Program-made: the position numbers and the translations under genes
In this document: one piece after another, positions 45,779 through 59,640 of the stretch
Position numbering within the stretch: the stretch's first letter is position 1
Layout of the letters: every line of letters begins with the position of its first letter
Notes under the pieces: model-generated
Database searches by the model: none
What the model was told of the DNA's origin: nothing
What the model saw: only the letters and a program-made list of their open reading frames with translations
From: Eledone cirrhosa
Taxonomy: Eukaryota
Reading direction: 5' to 3'
DNA: 64,000 nucleotides
NCBI GenBank assembly: GCA_964016885.1
Contig: OZ024743.1
Coordinates: forward strand, 149,048,001 to 149,112,000

Positions 45779-48700
45779 ACTACCACCACCACCAGTAACA
45801 ACATCACCTCAACTACCACCACCACTGGTAACATCACCTCAACTACCACCACCACCAGTAACATCACCTCAACTACCACCACCACCAGTAACATCACCTC
45901 AACTACCACCACCACCAGTAACAACATCACCTCAACTACCACCACCACCAGTAACATCACCTCAACTCCCACCATCACCAATAACATCACCTCAACCACC
46001 ACCACCACCAGTAACATCACCTCAACCACCACCACCACCAGTAACGTCAGTTCAACCAACACCACCACCAGTAACAACATCACCTCAATTACCACCACCA
46101 CCAGTAACATCACCTCAACTACCACCACCACCAGTAACATCACCCCAACTACTACCACCACCAGTAACATCACCTCAACTACCACCACCACCATTAACAT
46201 CACCTCAACTACCACCACCACCAGTAACATCACCTCCACTACCACCACCACCAGTAACAACATCACCTCAACCACCACCATCACCAGTAACATCACCTCA
46301 ACCACCACCACCACCAGTAACATCACCTCATCCACCACCACCACCAGTAACAACATCACCTCAACCACCACCACCACCAGTAACATCACCTCAACCACCA
46401 CCACCACCAGTAACATCACCTCAACCACCACCGCCACCAGTAACATCACCCCAACTACTACCACCACCAGTAACATCACCTCAACTACCACCACCACCAT
46501 TAACATCACCTCAACTACCACCACCACCAGTAACATCACCTCCACTACCACCACCACCAGTAACAACATCACCTCAACCACCACCATCACCAGTAACATC
46601 ACCTCAACCACCACCACCACCAGTAACATCACCTCATCCACCACCACCACCAGTAACAACATCACCTCAACCACCACCACCACCAGTAACATCACCTCAA
46701 CCACCACCACCACCAGTAACATCACCTCAACCACCACCGCCACCAGTAACATCACCTAAAATACCACCACCACCAGTAACATCACCTCAACTTCCACCAC
46801 CACCAGTAACATCACCTCAACTACCACCACCACCAGTAACTTCACCTCAACTACCACCACCAGCAGTAACAACACCTCAACTACCACCACCACCAGTAAC
46901 ATCACCTCAACTACCACCACCAGTAACATCACCTCAACTACCACCACCACCAGTAACATCACCTCAACTACCACCACCACCAGTAACATCACCTCAACTA
47001 CCACCACCACCAGTAACATCACCTCAACTACCACCACCAGTAACATCACCTCAACTACCACCACCATCAGTAACATCACCTCAACTACCACCACCACCAG
47101 TAACATCACCTCAACTGCCACCACCACCAGTAACATCACCTCAACTACCACCACCACCAGTAACAACATCACCTCAACTACCACCACCACCAGTAACATC
47201 ACCTCAACTACCACCACCAGTAACATCACCTCAACTACCACCACCACCAGTAACATCACCTCAACTACCACCACCAGTAACATCAACTCAACTACCACCA
47301 CCACCAGTAACATCAACTCAACTACCACCACCACCAGTAACATCAGCTCAACTACCACTACCACCAGTAACATCACCTCAACTACCACCACCACCAGTAA
47401 CATCACCTCAACTACCACCACCACCAATAACATCACCTCAACTACCACCACCACCAGTAACATCACCTTAACTACCACCACCACCAGTAACATCACCTCA
47501 ACTACCACCACCACCAATAACATCACCTCAACTACCACCACCACCAGTAACATCACCCCAACTACCACCACCACCACCAGTAACATCACCTCAACTACCA
47601 CCACCACCAGTAACATCACCTCAACTACCACCACCACCAGTAACAACATCACCTCAACTACCACCACCACCAATAACATCACCTCAACTAACACCACCAC
47701 CAATAACATCACCTCAACTACCACCACCACCAGTAACATCACCTCAACTACAACCACCACCATTAACATCACCTCAACTACCACCACCACTAGTAACATC
47801 ACCTCAACTACCACCATCAGTAACATCACCTCAACTGCCACCACCACCAGTAACATCACCTCAACTACCACCACCACCAGTAACATCACCTCAACTACCA
47901 CCACCACCAGTAACATCACCTCAACTACCACCACAACCAGTAACATCACCCCAACTACCACCACCACCACCAGTAACATCACCTCAACTACCACCACCAC
48001 CAGTAACATCACCTCAACTACCACCACCACCATTAACATCACCTCAACTACCACCACCACTAGTAACATCACCTCAACTACCACCATCAGTAACATCACC
48101 TCAACTGCCACCACCACCAGTAACATCACCTCAACTACCACCACCACCAGTAACATCACCTCAACTGCCACCACCACCAGTAACATCACCTCAACTACCA
48201 CCACCACCAGTAACATCACCTCAACTACCACCACCACCAGTAATATCACCTCATCTACCACCACCAGTAACATCACCTCAACCACCACCACCACCAGTAA
48301 CAACATCACCTCAACTACCACCACCACCGGTAACATCACCCCAACTACCACCACCGCCAGTAACATCACCTCAACTACCACCACCACCAGTAACATCACC
48401 TCAACTACCACCACCACCAGTAACATCACCTCATATCCCACCATCACCAGTAACATCACCTCAACTACCACCACCACCAGTAACATCACCTCAACTACCA
48501 CCACCACCACCAGTAACAACACCTCAACTACCACCACCACCAGTAACATCACCTCAACTACCACCACCACCAGTAACATCACCTCAACTCCCACCATCAC
48601 CCGTAACATCACCTCAACTACCACCACCAACAGTAACATCACCTCAACTACCACCACCACCAGTAACATCACCTCAACTCCCACCATCACCCGTAACATC

Positions 48701-49846
48701 ACCTCAACTACCACCACCAACAGTAACATCACCTCAACTACAACCACCACCAGTAACATCACCTCAACTCCCACCATCACCAGTAACATCACCTCAACTA
48801 CCACCACCACTGGTAACATCACCTCAACTACCACCACCACCAGTAACATCACCTCAACTACCACCACCACCAATAACATCACCTCAACCACCACCACCAC
48901 CACCAGTAACATCACCCCAACTACCACCACCTGCAGTAACAACATCATCTGAACTACCACCACCACCAGTAACATCAGCTCAACCACCACCACCACCAGT
49001 AACATCACCTCAACTACCACCACCACCAGTAACAACATCACCTCAACTACCAACACCACCAGTAACATCACCTCAACTACCAACACCACCAGTAACATCA
49101 CGTCAACTACTCCCACCACCTGTAACATCACCTCAACTACCACCACCACCAGTAACATCACCTCAACTACCACCACCACCACCAGTAACATCACCTCAAA
49201 CACCACCACCACCAGTAACAACATCACCTCAACCACCACCACCAGCAGTAACATCACCTCAACTACCACCAGCACCAGTAACATCACCTCAACTACCACC
49301 ACCACCAGTAACAACATCACCTCAACCACCACCACCACCAGTAACATCACCTCAACTACCACCACCACCAGTAACATCACATCAACCACCACCACCACCA
49401 GTAACAACATCACCTCAACTACCACCACCACCAGTAACATCACCTCAACTACCACCAGCACCACCAGTAACATCACCTCAACTACCACCACCACCAGTAA
49501 CAACACCTCAACTACCACCACCACCAGTAACATCACCTGCACTACCACCACCACCACCAGTAACATCACTTCAACTACCACCACCACCACCAGTAACAAC
49601 ATCACCTCCACTAACACTCCCACCTGTAACATCACCTCACCTACCACCACCACCAGTAACATCACCTCAACTACCACCACCACCAGTAACATCACCTCCA
49701 CTACCACCACCACCATCAGTAACATCAACTCAACCACCACCACCACCAGTAACATCAGCTCAACTACCACCACCACCATCAGAAACATCAACTCAACCAC
49801 CACCACCACCTGTAACATCACCTGCACTACCACCACCACCAGTAAC

Positions 49847-51856
49847 ATGACATCAACCACCACCACCACCAGTAACAAAAGCACCTCAACTACCACCACC
49901 GCCAGTAACATCACCTCAACTACCACCACCACCAGTAACATCACCTCAACTACCACCACCACCAGTAACATCACCTCAACCACCACCACCACCAGTAATA
50001 ACACCTCAACTACCACCACCATCAGTAACATCACCTCAACTATCACCACCACCAGTAACATCACCTCAACTACCACCACCACCAGTAACAACACCTCAAC
50101 TACCACCACCATCAGTAACATCACCTCAACTACCACCACCACCAGTAACATCACCTCAACTACCACCACCACCAGTAACATCACCTCAACTACCACCACC
50201 ACCAGTAACATCACCTCAACTACCACCACCACAAGTAACATCACCTCAACTACCACCACCACCAGTAACATCACCTCAACTACCACCACCACCAGAACAT
50301 CACCTCAACTACCACCACCGCCAGTAACATCACCTCAAATACCACCACCACCAGTAACATCACCTCAACTACCACCACCACCAGTAACATCACCTCAACT
50401 ACCACCACCACCAGTAACATCACCTCGACTACCACCACCACCAGTAACATCACCTCAACTACCACCACCACCAGTAACATCACCTCAACTACCACCACCA
50501 CCACCAGTAACATCACCTCAACTACCACCAGCACCACCAGTAACATCACCTCAACTACCACCACCACCAGTAACATCACCTCAACTACCACCACCACCAG
50601 TAACAACACCTCAACTCCCACCATCACCAGTAACATCACCTCAACTACCACCACCACCAGTAACATCACCTCAACTACCACCACCACCAGTAACATCACC
50701 TCAACTACCACCACCACCAGTAACATCACCTCAACTCCCACCATCACCAGTAACATCACCTCAACTACCACCACCACCAGTAACATCACCTCAACTACCA
50801 CCACCACCAGTAACATCACCTCAACTACCACCACCAACAGTAACATCACCTCATCCACCACCACCACCAGTAACATCACCTCAACTCCCACCATCACCAG
50901 TAACATCACCTCAACTACCACCACCACCAGTAACATCACCCCAACTACCACCACCAGCAGTAACAACATCACCTGAACTACCACCACCACCAGTAACATC
51001 ACCTCAACTACCACCACCACCAGTAACATCACCTCAACTACCACCACCACCAGTAACATCACCTCAACTACCACCACCACCAGTAACATCACCTCAAACA
51101 CCACCACCACCAGTAACATCACCTCAACTACCACCACCACCAGTAACATCACCTCAACTACCACCACCACCAGTAACAGCACCTCAACTCCCACCACCAC
51201 CAGTAACATCACCTCAACTACCACCACCACCAGTAACAACATCACCTGAACTACCACCACCACCAGTAACATCACCTCAAACACCACCACCACCAGTAAC
51301 AACATCACCTCAACCACCACCACCACCAGTAACATCACCTCAACTACCACCATCACCAGTAACATCACCTCAACTACCACCACAACCAATAACATCACCT
51401 CAACTACCACCACCACCAGTAACAACATCACCTCGACTACCACCACCACCAGTAACATCACCTCAACTACCACCACCACCAGTAACATCACCTCAAATAC
51501 CACCACCACCAGTAACAGCACCTCAACTCCCACCACCACCAGTAACATCACCTCAACTACCACCACCACCAGTAACAACATCACCTGAACTACCACCACC
51601 ACCAGTAACATCACCTCAACCACCACCACCACCAGTAACAACATCACCTCAACCACCACCACCACCAGTAACATCACCTCAACTACCACCACCACCAGTA
51701 ACAACATCACCTCAACTACCACCACCACCAGTAACAACAGCACCTCAACTACAACCACCACCAGTAACATCACCTCAACTACCACCACCACCAGTAACAT
51801 CACCTCAATTACAACCACCAACAATAACATCACCTCAACTACCACCACACCAGTAA
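49847..51856 (+). CDS. Doubtful chimeric ORF, (SNITSTTTTT)n switching to (VTSPQLPPPP)n, 669 aa
   Basis: ORF track. The frame switch comes from a 1-bp deletion (AGTAAC>AGAAC, ~50295) and the ORF ends after another 1-bp deletion at ~51849. Start and stop both arise from monomer variants. Confidence 0.07.
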   Translation: MTSTTTTTSNKSTSTTTTASNITSTTTTTSNITSTTTTTSNITSTTTTTSNNTSTTTTISNITSTITTTSNITSTTTTTSNNTSTTTTISNITSTTTTTSNITSTTTTTSNITSTTTTTSNITSTTTTTSNITSTTTTTSNITSTTTTTRTSPQLPPPPVTSPQIPPPPVTSPQLPPPPVTSPQLPPPPVTSPRLPPPPVTSPQLPPPPVTSPQLPPPPPVTSPQLPPAPPVTSPQLPPPPVTSPQLPPPPVTTPQLPPSPVTSPQLPPPPVTSPQLPPPPVTSPQLPPPPVTSPQLPPSPVTSPQLPPPPVTSPQLPPPPVTSPQLPPPTVTSPHPPPPPVTSPQLPPSPVTSPQLPPPPVTSPQLPPPAVTTSPELPPPPVTSPQLPPPPVTSPQLPPPPVTSPQLPPPPVTSPQTPPPPVTSPQLPPPPVTSPQLPPPPVTAPQLPPPPVTSPQLPPPPVTTSPELPPPPVTSPQTPPPPVTTSPQPPPPPVTSPQLPPSPVTSPQLPPQPITSPQLPPPPVTTSPRLPPPPVTSPQLPPPPVTSPQIPPPPVTAPQLPPPPVTSPQLPPPPVTTSPELPPPPVTSPQPPPPPVTTSPQPPPPPVTSPQLPPPPVTTSPQLPPPPVTTAPQLQPPPVTSPQLPPPPVTSPQLQPPTITSPQLPPHQ

Positions 51857-52179
51857 CATCACCTCAACTACAACCACCACCAGTAACATCACCTCAACTA
51901 CCACCACCACCAGTAACATCACCTCAACTACAACCACCACCAGTAACATCACCTCAACTACCACCACCACCAGTAACATCACCTCAACTACAACCATCAC
52001 CAGTAACATCACCTCAACTACAACCACCACCATTGACATCACCTCAAATACCACCACCACCAGTAACATCACCTCAACTACCACCACCACCAGTAACATC
52101 ACCTCAACTACCACCACCACCAGTAACAACATCACCTCAACCACCACCACCACCAGTAACATCACCTCAACCACCACCA

Positions 52180-53200
52180 CCACCAGTAACAACACCACAA
52201 CTACCACCACCACCAATAACATCAACTCAACTACCACCACCACCAGTAACATCAACTCAACTACCACCACCACCAGTAACATCAGCTCAACTACCACTAC
52301 CACCAGTAACATCACTTCAACTACCACCACCACCAGTAACATCACCTCAACTACCACCACCAGTAACATCAGCTCAACTACCACCACCACCAGTAACATC
52401 ACCTTAACTACCACCACCACCAGTAACATCACCTCAACTACCACCACCACCAATAACATCACCTCAACTACCACCACCACCAGTAACATCACCCCAACTA
52501 CCACCACCACCACCAGTAACATCACCTCAACTACCACCACCACCAGTAACATCACCTCAACTACCACCACTACCAGTAACATCACCTCAACTACCACCAC
52601 CACCAATAACATCACCTCAACTACCACCACCACCAGTAACATCACCCCAACTACCACCACCACCACCAGTAACATCACCTCAACTACCACCACCACCAGT
52701 AACAACACCACAACTACCACCACCACCAATAACATCAACTCAACTACCACCACCACCAGTAACATCAACTCAACTACCACCACCACCAGTAACATCAGCT
52801 CAACTACCACTACCACCAGTAACATCACTTCAACTACCACCACCACCAGTAACATCACCTCAACTACCACCACCAGTAACATCAGCTCAACTACCACCAC
52901 CACCAGTAACATCACCTTAACTACCACCACCACCAGTAACATCACCTCAACTACCACCACCACCAATAACATCACCTCAACTACCACCACCACCAGTAAC
53001 ATCACCCCAACTACCACCACCACCACCAGTAACATCACCTCAACTACCACCACCACCAGTAACATCACCTCAACTACCACCACTACCAGTAACATCACCT
53101 CAACTACCACCACCACCAATAACATCACCTCAACTACCACCACCACCAGTAACATCACCCCAACTACCACCACCACCACCAGTAACATCACCTCAACTAC
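52180..53200 (+). repeat. 513-bp higher-order tandem duplication
   Basis: AACACCACAACT at 52191 and 52704, followed in both by ATCAAC x2, ATCAGC, ACTTCA, ATCAGC, ACCTTA, AAT, CCCCA. Confidence 0.9.
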
Positions 53201-54419
53201 CACCACCACCAGTAACATCACCTCAACTTCCACCACCACCAGTAACATCACCTCAACTACCACCACCACCAATAACATCACCTCAACTACCACCACCACC
53301 AATAACATCACCTCAACTACCACCACCACCAGTAACATCACCTCAACTACCACCACCACCATTAACATCACCTCAACTACCACCACCACCAGTAACCTCA
53401 CCTCAACTACCACCATCAGTAACATCACCTCAACTGCCACCACCACCAGTAACATCACCTCAACTACCACCACCACCAGTAACATCACCTCAACTACCAC
53501 CACCACCAGTAACATCACCTCAACTACCACCACAACCAGTAACATCACCCCAACTACCACCACCACCACCACCAGTAACATCACCTCAACTACCACCACC
53601 ACCAGTAACATCGCCTCAACCACCACCACCAGTAACATCACCTCAACTGCCACCACCACCAGTAACATCACCTCAACTACCAACATCACCAGTAACATCA
53701 CCTCAACTACCAACACCACCAGTAACATCACCTCAATTACCACCACCACCAGTAACATCACCTCCACTACCACCACCACCAGTAACAACATCACCTCAAC
53801 CACCACCACCACTGGTAACATCACCCCAACTACCACCACCACCAGTAGCATCACCTCAACTACCACCACCACCAGTAACATCACCTCAACTACCACCACC
53901 GCCAGTAACATCACCTCAACTACCACCACCGCCAGTAACATCACCTCAACTCCCACCATCACCAGTAACATCACCTCAACTACCACCACCACCAGTAGCA
54001 TCACCTCAACTACCACCACCACCAGTAACATCACCTCAACTACCACCATCACCAGTAACATCACCTCAACTACCACCACCGCCAGTAACATCACCTCAAC
54101 TCCCACCATCACCAGTAACATCACCTCAACTACCACCACCACCAGTAACATCACCTCAACTACCACCACCACCAGTAACATCACCTCAACTACCACCACC
54201 GCCAGTAACATCACCTCAACTACCACCACCACCAGTAACATCACCTCAACTACCACCACCGCCAGTAACATCACCTCAACTACCACCACCACCAGTAACA
54301 TCACCTCAACTACCACCACCACCAGTAACATCACCTCAACTACCACCACCGCCAGTAACATCACCTCATCTACCACCACCACCAGTAACATCACCTCAAC
54401 TACCACCACCACCAGTAAT

Positions 54420-57400
54420 ATCACCTCAACTACCACCACCAGTAACATCACCTCAACCACCACCACCACCAGTAACAACATCACCTCAACTACCACCACC
54501 ACCGGTAACATCACCCCAACTACCACCACCGCCAGTAACATCACCTCAACTACCACCACCACCAGTAACATCACCTCAACTACCACCACCACCAGTAACA
54601 TCACCTCAACTCCCACCATCACCAGTAACATCACCTCAACTACCACCACCACCAGTAACATCACCTCAACTACCACCACCACCAGTAACAACACCTCAAC
54701 TACCACCACCACCAGTAACATCACCTCAACTACCACCACCACCAGTAACATCACCTCAACTCCCACCATCACCCGTAACATCACCTCAACTACCACCACC
54801 AACAGTAACATCACCTCAACTACCACCACCACCAGTAACATCACCTCAACTCCCACCATCACCAGTAACATCACCTCAACTACCACCACCACTGGTAACA
54901 TCACCTCAACTACCACCACCACCAGTAACATCACCTCAACTACCACCACCACCAGTAACATCACCTCAACTACCACCACCACCAATAACATCACCTCAAC
55001 CACCACCACCACCAGTAACATCACCCCAACTACCACCACCTGCAGTAACAACATCATCTGAACTACCACCACCACCAGTAACATCAGCTCAACCACCACC
55101 ACCACCAGTAACATCACCTCAACTACCACCACCACCAGCAACAACATCACCTCAACTACCACCACCACCAGTAACATCACCTCAACTACCAACACCACCA
55201 GTAACATCACCTCAACTACCACCACCACCAGTAACATCACCTCAACTACCACCACCACCACCAGTAACATCACCTCAAACACCACCACCACCAGTAACAA
55301 CATCACCTCAACTACCACCACCACCAGTAACATCACCTCAACTACCACCACCACCAGTAACAACATCACCTCAACCACCACCACCACCAGTAACATCACC
55401 TCAACTACCACCACCACCAGTAACATCACATCAACCACCACCAGCACCAGTAACAACATCACCTCAACTACCACCACCACCAGTAACATCACCTCAACTA
55501 CCACCAGCACCACCAGTAACATCACCTCAACTACCACCACCACCAGTAACAACACCTCAACTACCACCACCACCAGTAACATCACCTGCACTACCACCAC
55601 CACCACCAGTAACATCACCTCAACTACCACCACCACCACCAGTAACAACATCACCTCCACTAACACCCCCACCTGTAACATCACCTCAACTACCACCACC
55701 ACCAGTAACATCACCTCAACTACCACCACCACCAGTAACATCACCTCCACTACCACCACCACCATCAGTAACATCAACTCAACCACCACCACCACCAGTA
55801 ACATCAGCTCAACTACCACCAGCACCATCAGAAACATCAACTCAACCACCACCACCACCTGTAACATCACCTGCACTACAACCACCACCAGTAACATGAC
55901 ATCAACCACCACCACCACCAGTAACAAAAGCACCTCAACTACCACCACCGCCAGTAACATCACCTCAACTACCACCACCACCAGTAACATCACCTCAACC
56001 ACCACCACCACCAGTAATATCACCTCAACTACCACCACCACCAGTAACATCATCTCAACTACCACCACCACCAGTAACATCACCTCAACTACCAACATCA
56101 CCAGTAACATCACCTCAACTATCACCACCACCAGTAACATCACCTCAACTCCCACCATCACCAGTAACATCACCTCAAATACCACCACCACCAGTAACAT
56201 CACCTCAACTACCACCACCACCAGTAACATCACCTCAACTACCATCACCACCAGTAACATCACCTCACCTACCACCACCACCAGTAACATCACCTCAACT
56301 ACCACCACAGCCAGTAACATCACCTCAACTACCACCACCACCAGTAACATCACCTCAACTACCACCACCACCAGTAACATCACCTCAACTACCACCACCA
56401 CCAGTAACTTCACCTCAACTACAACCAACACCAGTAACATCACCTCAACTACCAACATCACCAGAAACATCACCTCAACTACCACCACCACCAGTAACAT
56501 CACCTCAACTACCACCACCACCAGTAACATCACCTCAACTACCACCACCACCAGTAACATCACCTCAACTACCACCACCACCAGTAACATCACCTCAACT
56601 ACCACCACCACTACCAGTAACATCACCTCAACTACCATCAGCACCACCAGTAACATCACCTCAACTACCACCACCACCAGTAACATCACCTCAACTACCA
56701 CCACCACCAGTAACATCACCTCAACTCCCACCATCACCAGTAACATCACCTCAACTACCACCATCACCAGTAACATCACCTCAACTACCACCACCACCAG
56801 TAACATCACCTCAACTACCACCACCAACAGTAACATCACCTCAACCACCACCACCACCAGTAACATCACCTCAACTCCCACCATCACCAGTAACATCACC
56901 TCAACTACCACCACCACCAGTAACATCACCCCAACTACCACCACCAGCAGTAACAACATCACCTGAACTACCACCACCACCAGTAACATCACCTCAACTA
57001 CCACCACCACCACCAGTAACATCACCTCAACTACCACCACCACCAGTAACAACATCACCTCAACTACCAACACCACCAGTAACATCACCTCAACTACCAC
57101 CACCACCAGTAACATCACCTCAACTACCACCACCAGTAACATCACCTCAACCACCACCACCACCAGTAACAACATCACCTCAACTACCACCACCACCGGT
57201 AACATCACCCCAACTACCACCACCGCCAGTAACATCACCTCAACTACCACCACCACCAGTAACATCACCTCAACTACCACCACCACCAGTAACATCACCT
57301 CAACTCCCACCATCACCAGTAACATCACCTCAACTACCACCACCACCAGTAACATCACCTCAACTACCACCACCACCAGTAACAACACCTCAACTACCAC

Positions 57401-59640
57401 CACCACCAGTAACATCACCTCAACTACCACCACCACCAGTAACATCACCTCAACTCCCACCATCACCCGTAACATCACCTCAACTACCACCACCAACAGT
57501 AACATCACCTCAACTACCACCACCACCAGTAACATCACCTCAACTCCCACCATCACCCGTAACATCACCTCAACTACCACCACCAACAGTAACATCACCT
57601 CAACTACCACCACCACCAGTAACATCACCTCAACTCCCACCATCACCAGTAACATCACCTCAACTACCACCACCACTGGTAACATCACCTCAACTACCAC
57701 CACCACCAGTAACATCACCTCAACTACCACCACCACCAGTAACATCACCTCAACTACCACCACCACCAGTAACATCACGTCAACTAATCCCACCACCTGT
57801 AACATCACCTCAACTACCACCACCACCAGTAACATCACCTCAACTACCACCACCACCACCAGTAACATCACCTCAAACACCACCACCACCAGTAACATCA
57901 CCTCAACTACCACCACCACCAGTAACATCACCTCAACTACCACCACCACCAGTAACAACATCACCTCAACCACCACCACCACCAGTAACATCACCTCAAC
58001 TACCACCACCACCAGTAACATCACATCAACCACCACCAGCACCAGTAACAACATCACCTCAACTACCACCACCACCAGTAACATCACCTCAACTACCACC
58101 AGCACCACCAGTAACATCACCTCAACTACCACCACCACCAGTAACAACACCTCAACTACCACCACCACCAGTAACATCACCTGCACTACCACCACCACCA
58201 CCAGTAACATCACCTCAACTACCACCACCACCACCAGTAACAACATCACCTCCACTAACACCCCCACCTGTAACATCACCTCAACTACCACCACCACCAG
58301 TAACATCACCTCAACTACCACCACCACCAGTAACATCACCTCCACTACCACCACCACCATCAGTAACATCAACTCAACCACCACCACCACCAGTAACATC
58401 AGCTCAACTACCACCACCACCATCAGAAACATCAACTCAACCACCACCACCACCTGTAACATCACCTGCACTACAACCACCACCAGTAACATGACATCAA
58501 CCACCACCACCACCAGTAACAAAAGCACCTCAACTACCACCACCGCCAGTAACATCACCTCAACTACCACCACCACCAGTAACATCACCTCAACCACCAC
58601 CACCACCAGTAATATCACCTCAACTACCACCACCACCAGTAACATCACCTCAACTACCACCACCACCAGTAACATCACCTCAACTACCAACATCACCAGT
58701 AACATCACCTCAACTATCACCACCACCAGTAACATCACCTCAACTCCCACCATCACCAGTAACATCACCTCAAATACCACCATCACCAGTAACATCACCT
58801 CAACTACCACCACCACCAGTAACATCACCTCAACTACCACCACCACCAGTAACATCACCTCAACTACCATCACCACCAGTAACATTACCTCACCTACCAC
58901 CACCACCAGTAACATCACCTCAACTACCACCACAGCCAGTAACATCACCTCAACTACCACCACCACCAGTAACATCACCTCAACTACCACCACCACCAGT
59001 AACATCACCTCAACTACCACCACCACCAGTAACTTCACCTCAACTACAACCAACACCAGTAACATCACCTCAACTACCAACATCACCAGTAACATCACCT
59101 CAACTACCACCACCACCAGTAACATCACCTCAACTACCACCACCACCAGTAACATCACCTCAACTACCACCACCACCAGTAACATCACCTCAACTACCAC
59201 CACCACCAGTAACATCACCTCAACTACCACCACCACCACCAGTAACATCACCTCAACTACCACCAGCACCACCAGTAACATCACCTCAACTACCACCACC
59301 ACCAGTAACATCACCTCAACTACCACCACCACCAGTAACATCACCTCAACTCCCACCATCACCAGTAACATCACCTCAACTACCACCATCACCAGTAACA
59401 TCACCTCAATTACCACCACCACCAGTAACATCACCTCAACTACCACCACCAACAGTAACATCACCTCAACCACCACCACCACCAGTAACATCACCTCAAC
59501 TCCCACCATCACCAGTAACATCACCTCAACTACCACCACCACCAGTAACATCACCCCAACTACCACCACCAGCAGTAACAACATCACCTGAACTACCACC
59601 ACCACCAGTAACATCACCTCAACTACCACCACCACCACCA
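54420..59640 (+). repeat. ~2.6-kb higher-order tandem duplication, with a third diverged copy at ~48250-50000
   Basis: ATGACATCA...AACAAAAGC marker at 55896 and 58491 (+2595) and at 49847; GGTAACATCACCCCA at 54504, 57198 and 48329; TGA variant at 56964/59589. Confidence 0.9.

Larger units (their letters stand above)
40620..47560 (+). repeat. Three copies of a ~0.9-kb variant block spaced ~3.1 and ~2.8 kb apart
   Basis: AACTTCACC at 40946, 44060 and 46838, each in the same context (TCATCC, GCC, AAATACC, ACTTCC before; ATCAGT, ACTGCC, ATCAAC x2, ATCAGC after). Confidence 0.88.

Noticed and set aside
55896-59591. Plus-strand ORFs 55896..56966 and 58491..59591 (and 52033..52407) as separate mucin or extensin genes
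   Set aside because: Starts and stops are single-base monomer variants copied by duplication. There is no signal peptide, promoter, splice context or non-repeat domain.
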